Assembly: GCA_000320545.1 (NCBI GenBank)
Contig: ADNK01000901.1
Span: 1-40,061 of the forward strand
DNA length: 40,061 nt
Source of the DNA: Bigelowiella natans CCMP2755
Taxonomy: Eukaryota > Protista > Cercozoa
Direction: 5' to 3'
A program made the translations under genes and the position numbers. The notes under the pieces are model-generated. The model did not search any database and was not told the origin of the DNA. It saw only the letters and a list, made by a program, of their open reading frames with translations. Each line of letters opens with the position of its first letter. Positions within the stretch are counted from its first letter, which is position 1. Below are positions 14,443 to 31,604 of the stretch, in pieces.

Positions 14443-14446
14443 CCTT

Positions 14447-14472
14447 GCTTTTAAGCTTTTAAGCTTTTAAGC
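14447..14472. repeat. (GCTTTTAA)x3 tandem repeat just upstream of the putative start of the hypothetical gene
   Basis: The sequence gcttttaagcttttaagcttttaagc is read directly. Confidence 0.85.
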
Positions 14473-14881
14473 ATGCTCCGCCATGCTGTTCCCAGCTTGC
14501 ACCTCAGAATTTAGGAGATTTAGGCTAAAAAAATACAAGTCACTTTACGTCATCTCAGAGGAGTATGTCGTGTGTTAGAAAGGGGATTCTTTTTTCAAAT
14601 TTATTCGGAAATATCAACAGAAATATGGGAGAGGGGTACGTACTGAGCCCGAAGCCCCGGAGCTTGGAGAATTGTAGTCCACGTTCCACAGGAGAAGGTC
14701 ATATTTCTTATGAGCGACAGAGAGAACGCATGGTAAAACGCAGGCCGATTTGATAATTTGACCAAAGATACCATATCTTAACTGAAATAATCCGAAAGAA
14801 GAAGAAGGAACCCATACTTCATCCTCCTCCTCCTCCTCCTCCTCCTCCTCCTCCTCTGTGTTTGTGTACCAACAGCTGACG

Positions 14882-17119
14882 ATGTTGAGTAGGAGCTACA
14901 GTAAATTTCTAAGACCGTTTTCAAGAATATGGGGTTCTAAAATCCCCCAGTCGAAGCGCACTTTCTCGCTTGCTCCATTCCAGGTTCCAAGCTGTGTGGT
15001 GTTGAAACTTAATCCGGCTGATTATCTCTATCATGCAGTGGGAGGATCCACTAAACCTTGAATGTAGACTTGATGAGGAGGAAAAAATGATCATGGAATC
15101 TGCAAGAAGGTACATTGAGGCGTATAGCCCCAGACAACCCATTCCAAGTTCTTTCAATGTTTCTACTTAGTTACGCACAAGACTGTCTCATGCCACGAGT
15201 GCAAGAGGCTAATAGGAACGAAATATTCGATCGAGCCATTATGAATGGTATTGAAATTGGTATATCTATGGTCTAATAACTTGCAGCTGACGAACTTCCT
15301 CGTTCTTTTCTAGAAATGGGTGAGATGGGCTTATTAGGGGCGACAATTAATGGATACGGTTGTTCAGGTGTCTCCTCTGTCAGCTACGGGTACTGACTAT
15401 TCCAACAGCATGGTATCGCCTGTCGAATAATTCTAAACGTTATTGCCACTGGTCTAGGTTAATTGCTCGAGAGATAGAGCGTGTCGATAGTAGCTACCGT
15501 TCCGCAATGTCGGTACAATCCTCCCTCGTTATGCTTCCAATTTTTGAGGTAACTTGACAGTCTTGCAACTAAGTCAACAGTAGCAAACGGTCACCAGCAC
15601 TCGTAACTATTACTACTACTGCTGCTACTACTACTACTACTACTACTACTACTATATTCTAAGTGGTGGAGCAACACCCTGCTGCTACTTATTATCCGAA
15701 TGTGCTGTCTTGCCCTGGCGTATCTACAATATTGGTTGCGAGAATAATGACAGTTCAGCGATGTTAGTTCAATGTCAATGTCTATCAATATAAATTATCG
15801 TAGATTAAAGAAAACCTACTTCATTTAGTTTGGGTCCGAAGAGCTGAAGGAGAAGTATCTTCCAAAGCTCGCAGCGGGAGAATTGGTTTGTAGAGAACAA
15901 TCAAGCAATGATCGACATGGTGGTGATAATAGTGCATGCATGATGATCCTAAAGGTGGGTTGCTTCGGTCTCACTGAACCTGACCACGGCTCAGACCCCG
16001 CTGGCATGGAAACTAGGGTAAATAATGGGATATATTACTGATAATCATCAATGCTTTTGTCTATTAGAAAAAATTGGTAGCATTAGTTAGTAGTAGTAGC
16101 TCCTCATGTCCCATGGGTCGTTTTAGTGTGAAATTGAACATTAGCATGCGAGCTTTTATTTTATTTTTGTGAATATGTTGACGGTAATTATTTCCCTGTA
16201 ATGATCTATCTCGATTGGTGCCATCACATGTTCTTTGTTGCGTGTGTAGGCTGTGGATGATGGGGACAGCTATATTCTAAATGGAAGGAAGACATGGATA
16301 ACAAATGCGCCCATTGCTGACGTATTTGTCGTGTGGGCAAAAGGGGAGGTAATGATACTAATAATACGAAGTAGTAGACGACGATGATCATAGTTATATT
16401 ACATGGGGTAATAGTGGTGTAGTGTCCTCTTCATCATGATTTTATGCTCTTCTTCGCAGGATTAAAAACCACAATAATTATCTATCACAATGTATGTATT
16501 CACGTACGAATTGTACCCCACTATTACTACTACTACTAATAATAATAATAATTAAAGTAGTAGTCGTGTTAATAACAAAGTTGTGCCTATCCATAATTGA
16601 TTCGAATATACTGTAGGACGGCAAATTGGGTGGTTATATTGTGGAGAAGGACTCTCCAGGATTGGAAGCACCCAAATTAAATGTAGTACTATTTTTATCT
16701 GATTTCCTATGTACGGTACACTTAATTTACATGCACGAAGTCGTGTCGTGGAAGAGAAAGTGTAGATATTTTGTTAGATCTTGGTCGTTACGATATGGTG
16801 TAGTTGATTGAAATGCGTATCTGTCCTTTTTAACATAATGGTGATGCCTATGCTGCTGCTGCTTTATTAGGGCAAGTTTTCCCTCCGAGCATCGATCACA
16901 GGGCAAATTTTTATGGACGACGTCAGAGTTCCAAAGGTGAATGCGTACACGCGTGTGTGTTTGTGTGTGTTTGTGTTGATCATACCACAATATCGACAAT
17001 ATATGATGCCCCTCCTATAGTATATGTTGTCGCTGCGAAACTACAAGAGTGGATGGTAGATGGGTGGTGATGTATAACATCATCGGTTAACAAAGTAGTC
17101 ACCACCACACCAAGTATAT

Positions 17120-17158
<39 letters not shown>

Positions 17159-19139
17159 CCATTATCATCAACATTAATAAAGTAATCACCGCTACTACTA
17201 CTACTACTACTACTATTACTGGTACTCCTACCACCACCACCACCGTTTAAATAATTAGAGTCAGAAGCTGAATGTGGAGGGATTCAAAGGACCCTTCACC
17301 TGTCTCAACAGTGCTCGATATGGAATATCATGGGGTATCGTCATATATACTACCCTCCACTGTTACATCATAACAATCATTTCATGACAATGATGATGAT
17401 AATGATGATGATGGTGATGATGATGATGATGCTTCTTAAGTCGCTGTGTTAAAAAAAAAGTATCTTCTCGGATGTCATAAATAGAAGAGAAAAATAAATG
17501 TAGTTGTTGAAGAGGAGTTCTACGGCTGAGTGTATATATTCTCCCTTGTCCCCTCCTCTCTTATGGTGAATGTCTTCAGGTGCGCTTGGTGCTGCCGAGT
17601 TTTGTTATGCGGCTGCTCGACAGTATGTGCAAGAAATACTCGTAGCAGTCCACGTAGCACTTGTATCAGTAGTAGTAGTAGTAGTAGTAGTAATAGCAAT
17701 AGTAGTAGTAGGAGAGTAGTGGTGGAACCTTGCATGAACGTCACATGTCTAATAGGGAAACACTAACCATTATCATGGTGTGTGTGTGTGTGTGTGTGTG
17801 TTGTCAGCATTTTGGTCAATTATTTTGTCATGACAACACCTCTTCTACTATTCTTTAACTTGTACTGCTACAACTGTCTGCTTCTACTACGTTATACAAT
17901 TATTATTATTATTATTATTATTATTAGGTACTGCCTTGATAGAAAACAATTTGGGGCACCTTTGGCGTCCAACCAATTGATTCAGTACAAGCTTGCGCAG
18001 GTAGTAATAATTCGAATAGTAGTAGTGGTGGTAGTAGCGGTTTTAGAAGAAAAACAAGCAGAAATGCTATATCCAATCCTTAATCATTGTATTCTCTTCC
18101 TCCTCCTCCTCGATTGTTGACAAATAAAGATGGCTACCGATATTTCTCTCGGCTTGCAAGGTTGTCTACAGCTTGGAAGGCTCAAGGTAGTAGTAGTAGT
18201 AGTAGTTGCACTTAGTATTATACATCAATTGTGAGTAAAGAATACAGTAGTCAGAAGAAAAGGAAACACATATATTCAGTCGTAGCGATGATATTTTATC
18301 ACCATTCATGATACTTACCAACACAACTTAAAATGAAACACCAGGACGAAGGACTTTTAAACCCTGTAATGATATCTATAACCAAACGAAATTCCTGTGG
18401 AAAGGTGGGGATGATGATCATCATCATCACATGATGATAACGATGATGATAGTATCGTGCACATGTCATTAATTCATTCATGCATTCACTAACCATCACC
18501 ATATGGACGACTTCCATCTTGCTTAATACACGAGATATCTTGCACCATATCTTTTTTTACTCTTCTCATTATGCCTCATGCTTCTGGCCGTATAATATAT
18601 CGACGTTGTTTAGGCGCTCGAGATTGCAAGGATAGCCCGTGACATGCTCGGAGGTATTCATTACAAGTTGTTATTAACGATGATGGTGATGATGATGATG
18701 ATGATGATGATGACAGCTACAACTTGTTTCTCATGTCTTTCTAACTATGTGTTTAATATGTGCATGTTAAGTAGCCCACGTACCACATACAATGATTGTC
18801 CACCTCCTCCTCGTCTTGATTGTTGGATTGTTATATTGCTTTATAATAGGCAACGGAATTTCTGATGAATATGATATCATAAGGTGTGATTGTATGCCGA
18901 ATTGTGACTTTCTGATTCATATTACCCCTGTTTCCTTAAGCACCATCTTTTCGATCCATATTCTTTCCATCCTTATCACTAACCCTTCTTTCACTTCTCT
19001 TTACTACTAAAGACACTCGATGAACCTGGAAGCTGTGAATACATATGAAGGCACAGCAGACATCCATGCATTAATTTTAGGACGAGCGATCACAGGTATC
19101 CCTGCTTTTGAATCTGCACAAACTTACAGCAAAATATAA
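14882..19139 (+). CDS. GCDH: Glutaryl-CoA dehydrogenase (mitochondrial), 18 exons: 14882-14983, 15039-15109, 15171-15247, 15314-15389, 15458-15548, 15829-15885, 15955-16017, 16250-16348, 16617-16682, 16871-16936, 17259-17334, 17580-17622, 17928-18000, 18130-18186, 18345-18404, 18614-18653, 18850-18883, 19013-19139
   Basis: GCDH-specific peptides [77 protein letters not shown] and [27 protein letters not shown]. The Arg/Ser-rich N-terminus is typical of a mitochondrial presequence. Confidence 0.97.
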
Positions 19140-19220
19140 TTTTGGAAAGTGTCGATGATATTTAATAAATAAGATGACTTTGGGCAAACGTGAAGATGCT
19201 TCATGTGTTGCATAGAGACA

Positions 19221-19746
19221 TATGAGACGGATTTAATAATTTGCGATTAAATCTTTTCAATAGTCATCCTAATGCAGCTAATAATCATGCTATGTAAAGC
19301 ATAGTGACAATAATGACATATGAATGTGTAATGGACATCCCTAGATCCAAACCAAAAGTATACGCATTGACGCTGTCATGATTATTATTATCATGAAGTA
19401 CCTCGATGCACAGCTTATCGGCGCTGCGCAGGCTGTTATTATAAATTGTTATATAATGCAATCTAGCAGTATAGCTAGATATAGGAGACTTAGATTCAAC
19501 AAACAACTGACGGCGATCATGGATCGCAATGACGAAACTGCGCATCTCACACCCGCAGAAAAAACAAGTCGAGCTGCTGCGCGAGAAGCGCGCCATGCTA
19601 GACCTAATCATCGTGCATTTTCATGCATGCATCATGTGACCAAGGAAACCAACAGATACAACTTAAGCGCTGTAGCCGCTGCATTGCATAGCTACATTAG
19701 GATGACGCTTGAAAAAATTTAAACATTTCATTACATCCGTCTCATA
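19221..19746. mobile_element. Putative MITE-like non-autonomous element with imperfect terminal inverted repeats of about 60 bp (19221-19280 and 19689-19746), TA at both ends
   Basis: The left arm reverse complement is tagctgcattaggatgactattgaaaagatttaatcgcaaattattaaatccgtctcata. The right arm is tagctacattaggatgacgcttgaaaaaatttaaacatttcattacatccgtctcata. Related copies lie at 31479-32090. Confidence 0.6.
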
Positions 19747-19749
19747 GGT

Positions 19750-20207
19750 TAGTAGGTACATGTCATGCCCACATATACAGATCGATCAGTTCATAATCAA
19801 GCAAGTTTTTGTCAGCGCGGACTTAGTAGCGCTAGGTATTAACCTTTACATGATCGATGCAAATAGTGTACAAATGCTAGAAATGGCTAGATGGCAGCGC
19901 ATACGCACGTTTGTCACAGTGGTGCGCTTTCCATGTCTAGTTGATATGTGTCTAGATGTCACACGACGTACACGCTTAAAATAAATCTAGACAAAATACA
20001 AAATTATAATACACTACATATCCAGGCAGTGATGTGCATGTATGATGCATGCAAGCATTCTAGCTTAGCTAGCATTGTTGTCTACAATATCATGAAACCG
20101 ACAATAATAATACTGTGTGGCGTACGATATTCCCATCTATAATCATACGTCCTAGATGCATCGAGCAGCATATATACGGTCATGTTTTCCCGCTACGATA
20201 CATTTTC
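19750..20207. other. Convergent intergenic purine/pyrimidine-alternating tract
   Basis: Example: tatgatgcatgcaagcattctagcttagctagc at 20041-20073. Confidence 0.55.
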
Positions 20208-24467
<4,260 letters not shown>

Positions 24468-24540
24468 ATCTTGTCGTTAAATCCAGCTTATCAACATTGT
24501 CTAGACTAACTAACTAACTAATTCGGGAATTAGAGGTTGA

Positions 24541-24624
24541 CGTTCGATTAAATTAGGTTGGATTCTTTCTATCCAAAGATCACGTTCGATTAAATTAGGT
24601 TGGATTCTTTCTATCCAAAGATCA
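24541..24624. repeat. Exact 42-bp tandem duplication in the divergent gap between the NTE and OFCC1-like genes
   Basis: The unit cgttcgattaaattaggttggattctttctatccaaagatca occurs at 24541-24582 and 24583-24624. Confidence 0.97.
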
Positions 24625-24923
24625 CGCGGATATTTATTTTGAAAGATTTGGGTAGTACCTTTGTCGTAATTAGAAAATACACCACTTTTTCTCCACATTT
24701 GGTATGTAATGTAACGAAGACTGCTTTTTGTAACTGCTCGTCGTCGCTAACAAGTAGCAATTCCAATCATACACGGGTGTTCGGTGGTTGCAGCATCCAT
24801 TTCTTCCCACCCCCAACCACCCTTAACCTAAAATTCCTAGTATGAACATGCCATCTACTTTGGCCACCCAGAAGTCTGACTGAGCTAGCTCAATTTATTG
24901 GCAGTTGAGCCGGTACTGGCAGG

Positions 24924-27280
24924 ATGTCAGGTACAACATGTTTTCAGAAGCGTATGCCACTGGAGACGATGGAATGATTCACGTGAATGATGTTTGTTTG
25001 ATTGTTTGTTGATGTACAGAGTATGAAGATGACTACGAGGATGATTTCGAAGATATGGGGGAGGATTACCATGAAACGAATCAGTCCGCAGACGCTAAGC
25101 AACCCTCCCAACCCAGCGATATGCCTGCGGCAACATCAACAACCGCCTCGGCCGAACAACCTCTCACAGAAACTAAGTCTGTACAAAGACCAGCGAGTTC
25201 GACAGGAAAGTCTCAAAATACAGTTACCATAGTTCCCAAGGATGATGATAGCGCTGCAAGTACAAGTGATGAGGAGGACGTTGACCCATGGGAGAAAGAA
25301 ACAACAACTGCTGCTATCAAAATTTCAGCGCGGGGGTCGCAGCAGCTGGAGAATCAAGTAGACCAAAAACAAAAGACTTCAGAAACAAAGAATGATCCAA
25401 TAAATGGAAATAGAGAACCTCAAAAGAGAGTTGTAGCACAGGATATAAGTGATGATGAAGACGATGAGCGCGATCCATGGGACAATGAAGAACCAGTTGA
25501 CCGAAATTCAGCTGGAGAATCGAAGCATTCCAATACGGGAGCGGTGGAAGAACAGAAGGGACATCCCCAAAAGAATCCTACACCTACAAAAGTAAATGCG
25601 GAAGAACACAAGGCAGGAGCAACAAAGAGGCAGAGCCAAAAAAAAAATGCGAAGGTCAAGATGCACGTGGCATTTGGAAAGCATGTTCCAGTAGAGTATT
25701 CTGACAGTAATACTGAAACTGATGATGAGGATCCTAGTATAAAAAAGGGTAGAAAGAAGAAGGGAGGAAAGAATGTGAAGAAGAAAAAGAAGAAGAAAGT
25801 GAAACAGTCTGATTGGGACAAGCCAGTAGTTGTAGATCTGGACAACATACAGAAAGTACCAAAGGCACGAAGACTCGATGTTCTCACAGATACGACCAAG
25901 ACACGAATAGATAAATATCTCACGGAACGTAAGGAGAAGGAGCTCAAGAAACCGCCCCCAGAAGCACCAGCTCCGTACGAAACCGAGAGTAAATGGCTGG
26001 ATTTGGCAGAGATCAGGCGGCCTGAAGTGGATTTGGAGAACGAAGAAGGACTCGACTTTCTCAACATTAATCTTACCGATCGCACAGTAGAAGAGTAATG
26101 TGAAAGAAATTGTATAACACGAAAAAAACTCATAGCTAATGAAAGAACATGCAAAACTATAGGACGTCTAAACAGACACTACTATCACATGCATTACTAA
26201 TACTATTATTATTGTCTCATAAATTATATCCATCCTTCTAGAAACTAAGTTAGCCTCATTTTTCTGCACTACCATAGAAAACACCAGGACGACGTGAGTG
26301 CTTTGCTTAATGAGTTGAAGCAAAAGGAGGCTAAACATAAACCGAAGGATTTGTTCCTTTTCGAGCTTGAGGCAGAAGCCCTTGAGGAGGAGGTGGTTAT
26401 TGGGGCCGTTCCTGTACAGGACGCTATGCAAAGAGAGGCCAAGTTGGAGACTGAACGAGTTGACGATCTTCTCGCAAAACGAACAGCTCAAAAAAAATTG
26501 ATTGGAACTGTAACCGATAGGTCAAGAAATAATACCAATTGCATGCGACATATTAACAAGAGAGAGAGAGAGAGAGAGAGAGGGAGGGAGTGGGATAATA
26601 TTGATTAAGATGTGCTTTGTAATTGTAGCATATATTGTAATATTGTAATAGTAGCATACATCTACTACTTTGTTGTCACTTTATCCATTACGTTTTTTCT
26701 TACATTGTTGTTATATATATATTGACCAGGGCTTCTGGTTCCATCGAAGCTCTGAACAACAGACTTGGGTCCAATTTATCTCAGATAGATGATGTCCAGA
26801 AAACACTAAGAAAAACCCACTACTCTAAGCTAGATGATATGGAAGAAAAGTACAACAGGGTCCGTGAAATACTGGTAAGGCGGGTAAAATTGCATCGAAG
26901 AGCTGTGGAAAAATACTTTGGGCAGTTGGATGCTTCAGGATCGCTTTCTTACGTTCCAGAAAAGTCGTGTTGGAATAGCCTGTTCCGTCCAAACTGGTTC
27001 CACATTCCCACAATATGCAGAATTCGAATCAATTCTTTGAGAGCCGTGAAGAACAAGTTACCGAGTGGGAGGTACTTCATTATGGCAACTTTGATGGATC
27101 GCATTGCTGGACATCCTTTGCAGAAGCTATACTACGAAGTTGGCCAAGGACCGCTTGCACAGGTGTGAAATTGCAAAAACCACCGCCGACCTTTACTATA
27201 TCTTTCGACTGCATTCTCCAATAATCGTGTGTTTATCTTGCCTGTGTCATCATCGTTTACACTCCCTTCCCCACATACAC

Positions 27281-27340
<60 letters not shown>

Positions 27341-29258
27341 ACAGAGAATTGTCTACTTTGGCACGACACAGCCGGTAATGCACCATGGTACATACCATCA
27401 AATCCAAATGAAGTGGAGTGAGGAAGGGTCCCATATCTTCGTCGCATGCCCTTCGGACAACGATCTACAGCCCGCCATGTGCATTCTTTTCGAGCTGATC
27501 TTAGGAAGAACTGCTAGGACAGGTAGAGATATCGTTATGGGATGGGGTGTGTTTCCTTTATGTACGGAACATATCAAAATCGCCACTGGAAGATTCAAAG
27601 TGCCTTTACTTCGAGGCGCTGTTGACAGGGTAGGTGTTTACCGTAATAGTTGGAATAGGAGGAGACTGACAATGCCATGTGATTAAGTGATGCTATTGGT
27701 TAGATAGTAGTATTTGCCACTACTGCTACTGCAATGCTGATTAGAAACAACCTTCTCACCTTCGTCCGGGGGAAATACTTTTATTTTTCATAACCACCAC
27801 AGCTAGATTTATGTTTTAACTACTTCCTCCATCATCGTCTTTGATACCATTTCTTCTTCGCAGACTGTGACAAAGTATCAAGATGTAGAAGACACGATCA
27901 AAGACGACATCGACAACTGGCTTTGCAACTTATACTTTGATGTGCGGCCAAAGTCTCGCACACAAGGGAAAGTAAATGAGCGAGTGGAAATCAACCAGAG
28001 AACGGATAGTTTGCTGCATCTGCTAAAAAGGGAAGATGAACAAGGTGACAACTCGGAGATGTCTGACTCTGATTTCAGCGATGAAATTCAAGCTCGTGGA
28101 GACGAATTAGAAATGCAAGAACTAGAGGAACCCAACGCCGCTGAAAACCACGATCCACAAGCAGAGGATGTGGTAATTATGGAGGGGGGTGAACCATCCA
28201 GCAGTTTAAATAATAGTCAATCTGGAATATCAGGAGGGATGGGAGGTGGAGAAGATGGGGTTAGTACACCACTCTTGCAGCGAAAGAAAACTTCTTCCTT
28301 CGCTCGGTCAGAAACAAAAAAAAGTTTTGCAGATGCATTACGTGCTCCTACCACGAGGGATTTTGGCCGATTCTCGCGATTAAATGTGAATAGAAGGCTC
28401 CGCGAACGGAAATCGAAGAGAAGCATAAGTAGAAGCAATAATCACTTCGGGAGCACGCTTTCCATAGCACGTGCACCTAGCTCAGCAAGTCAAGGACGAT
28501 TTGCTATTCGAAATAGAAGTAACTTTGCAAAGTCAGACAACACGCGAAGGAATACTCGGAGATCAATGACAATCATGAGACGTAGTAAAAGCCATAATAC
28601 AGATCCTATGCAAAAGAATGATGTTCCTGGAAGCCAAGAGGGTAGAGATTCAAAGCACTCAAAGGGTGCTGCAACTGATGAAAAGAATAATACTAGTAAT
28701 AATAAAAGGGGGCTTGATACGAAAATTATACATCCTCAAGAAGATGGGAATCGCGATGCTAAAAAAAACAACAACTCTAAAGTGGGAGGGAAGATCTCGC
28801 TCTTTGGGTCTTTGCGAGAGAAGGAAATAGAACGCAATGAAAATGAAGATGGGGTAGATGATGAGGAGAGGGAGGCTGCTGAAATCGACAAAGAACTCGA
28901 TAGACTATCTCGTAGAAACAAGAAAGACTTAGCCGCATACCATTTTGCTATCGTTAACAGTGAGGCTCATACGCCGTCCGTCCATGAAATTCTAAAACGT
29001 CTCAAGTTTCTCTTCGGTTGGTTATATTCCGATATCAGCTCAAACCGATTTGGTACGTTAGAGTTTTGGACTCTAATCTTGTTGTTCTTCCTGGGATTCT
29101 ATCTTCGGATGTTTGTGCACTTCATGGGAGAGTATTACTTCTTGGTTAGCATGAATCGACATCCTTACGAATTCATATGCTACCCCTGGACATGCTACAT
29201 AAGATATAATCAAGGTGAATCCGTCTTGGGTGTCGAGATTGCTATGACGGTATTAGAT

Positions 29259-29305
<47 letters not shown>

Positions 29306-31299
29306 CGCTCATGCAAATCATAGATAGATCATGGTGATGCCCCTAAATGGATAATATGTTACGGCTGCTGCTGCTTGTGGTGCTGTAGATTCCTCAACAA
29401 CTTACCACCATTGCAGGCGATGAGAATGGTGTTTAACTTGCTGTTTTGGTTTTCACGTATATGTGCTACTACGGCTCTCAGTTGGTCGGTCAGTTGTGGA
29501 ATTTCCTCGGATTCGCTGCTGGCTGCTTTGTGTTTGCAATACTACAGTTGATCCAAATTCCCATATCTGATTTCATGTCCAGAATCATGCTGGTTAGACT
29601 AGAAAACAACACTCTAAACACCATAATTCTTTACCATTTATGCCCAATTCGAGTGCGGGATCGATATGATGTTTTCAAATGTTTTACTGCATCTTTACTA
29701 CTACTTTGGTCATGGAACATCATGATATATTTCACAAGTATCATTCAGCTTATGGTATCACTTAGTTCCCCCTTTCACCATATGATTAGGTATATGGCAT
29801 TCTCTGTATCCTCGATCCAGTGTTTATTTTGATTGGAGATATTGTGGTCTTGTACAAGTATGGGGACTACTTCAAACTGTTTTACTACTTCCAGTAAGTA
29901 GCACCTGCTCCTACATCTCACAAAATGTTATTACATGCAGCAATAGCAGCAGCAGCAGCAGCAGCTATATGCGGCATCAGCATCACAGACATTCATCCAT
30001 ATGGTGCTATTTTCTATTCATCCCTCCTTTTCGGTAGTTCTGGTTTTAAGGGGGGTGAGAGGAATTTCTTGTTCTTGTTCTTATTCTTGTTGTTCTTCTC
30101 TATTTGTCTGACGTGTATATCCTCATCATTCTCCTACTACGTGCTCAGATATGTGGAACCTGATGTTGGTGGTGGTGCTGGCGCTATGCTGACTCTTCTC
30201 CTAGTGACGGTAACAGGAGCACTGAAAAGATCACGATAGATGCGACTATATGAATTCAAACGAATTTACATGTGCTACTACTGGTAGACGTTAAGAGTTG
30301 ATGATGGAATTTGCTTCTTCCTCCTATTTCTTCTTCCTCCTCCTAGGTCGGAACGATCAGTATGATTGCTCTCCTGGCTTTTTATTTGATGTTCCTGCAT
30401 ATGGGAGGCCGCACATTGGACATCTACAACCGCACACACCAGGTAGTAATAATGTCTCTTACACTGATGCTGTTGATCGATTGACAACTGGTGTTTGGTG
30501 ATCTCTCTCTCCCTCCCTCCCTCCCTCCCTCCCTCCCTCCCTTTCTCCCTGTAATCGACTAATAATTAATTCCTTCCCTCAGGATGAAAGTAGTTTTTTC
30601 CTTCCCCATGACATGGAGATATCCACGGCCACTCTTCGATATTTGTTGCTTAAGGTAGTATGAAGAGGGGGGTATCCATGGCTGCTGTTCCCATGAGTTT
30701 GGAGGAATTTAAAGCTAGTATTTAGGGGGAATAAGAAGAAGAGAGACCAGAATTGTTTAATATAATCGAAATCTTATACTTTATAAACTCTGCAGGCTCG
30801 CACGTTCCGTAGTTTTGAGGGTAACTTGAGAAGGATATACGTGACCTCATATATCGAACGAGATCATCAATTTATGGATTTTGAACGAAGATCTACCCAT
30901 ATTGCACTTTTTACATGGAACCCTCTCAATCCTAAGCGTGTTGGTGATATATATCGGCAATTTCTGTGGAGACCAGACGGCTCTATTCTTGAAGTATTTA
31001 AGGAGGCAAGCGATGATCAATTTGACGTGCTAATGAGACATGTAAAAGCTATGCATCAAGAGCAACAATTTCATGATGAGGAAGAGGGAATTGACGACGA
31101 CGACGACGACGACGGTGATGATGATGATGTGGTTGCGGGATCGGTCCGGGATGGAATATCTCTACTAGCAGACAATAAGGAGGACGGTGGAAGTTTTCTG
31201 GGTCGCCATGACAATTTAGACTCAGATTTTAAGTTTCATAAGCCTCGCAACGATGGAGCAAGCAGTATCCATGATGAAAAATCAGGTCTTCTCAGTTAA
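24924..31299 (+). CDS. Multi-pass membrane protein resembling the OFCC1/ojoplano family; 12 exons: 24924-24930, 25020-26094, 26278-26520, 26730-27162, 27345-27629, 27864-29249, 29482-29592, 29790-29893, 30149-30209, 30347-30442, 30583-30654, 30796-31299
   Basis: The exon chain is complete and phase-compatible. The protein has an acidic/Lys-rich N-terminus, a C2-like beta region (LRAVKNKLPSGRY, FELILG, MGWGVFP, GRFKVPLLRG, WLCNLYF), several TM helices (LDPVFILIGD, GDYFKLFYYF, LHMGGRTLDIYNR, FFLPHDMEIS) and a C-terminal YRQFLWRPDGSILEVF. The gene model is well supported. The family name comes from recalled motif similarity and needs an HMM search. Confidence 0.75.
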
Positions 31300-31478
31300 A
31301 TTTAGTCTCATTAGACTACGTCATACAGTTTCTTGAAAAGGGTATATTTTCCAATGTAATCATATCTTAACAAGAGAATCACACTCAAATTCAACTGTAC
31401 GCGCGTCTACATCATGTATAATGCGCAAAGGTCTATCCACCTGCCAATCAATGTGTGCGTATGTGCATTATTTATATA

Positions 31479-31562
31479 TATGAGACGCATGTAATGAATT
31501 GTTTAAATTTTTTCAATTGTAATCCAAATGTAGCTCATAAAAGTAAATAGTCTATCATATTA

Positions 31563-31604
<42 letters not shown>

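Noticed and set aside
19285-19722. ORFs of 108 and 114 aa inside the MITE-like element, considered as a transposase remnant
   Set aside because: No DDE/DDD or HTH motif is recognisable and the composition matches the surrounding RY-rich noncoding DNA.
24541-24624. 42-bp direct repeat with dyad symmetry considered as a CRISPR array
   Set aside because: There are only two adjacent copies with no spacer and no cas genes, in a eukaryotic context.
25420-26154. 244-aa minus-strand ORF
   Set aside because: It is the antisense shadow of the Lys/Glu/Asp-rich exon 25020-26094. The Phe/Ser/Leu runs mirror the sense codons and no independent motif is present.
29417-29481. Apparent frameshift or stop (TAA 29434-29436) in the membrane protein gene
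   Set aside because: It is resolved by using the acceptor at 29481, which joins EIAMT to LVGQLWNFLG in frame.
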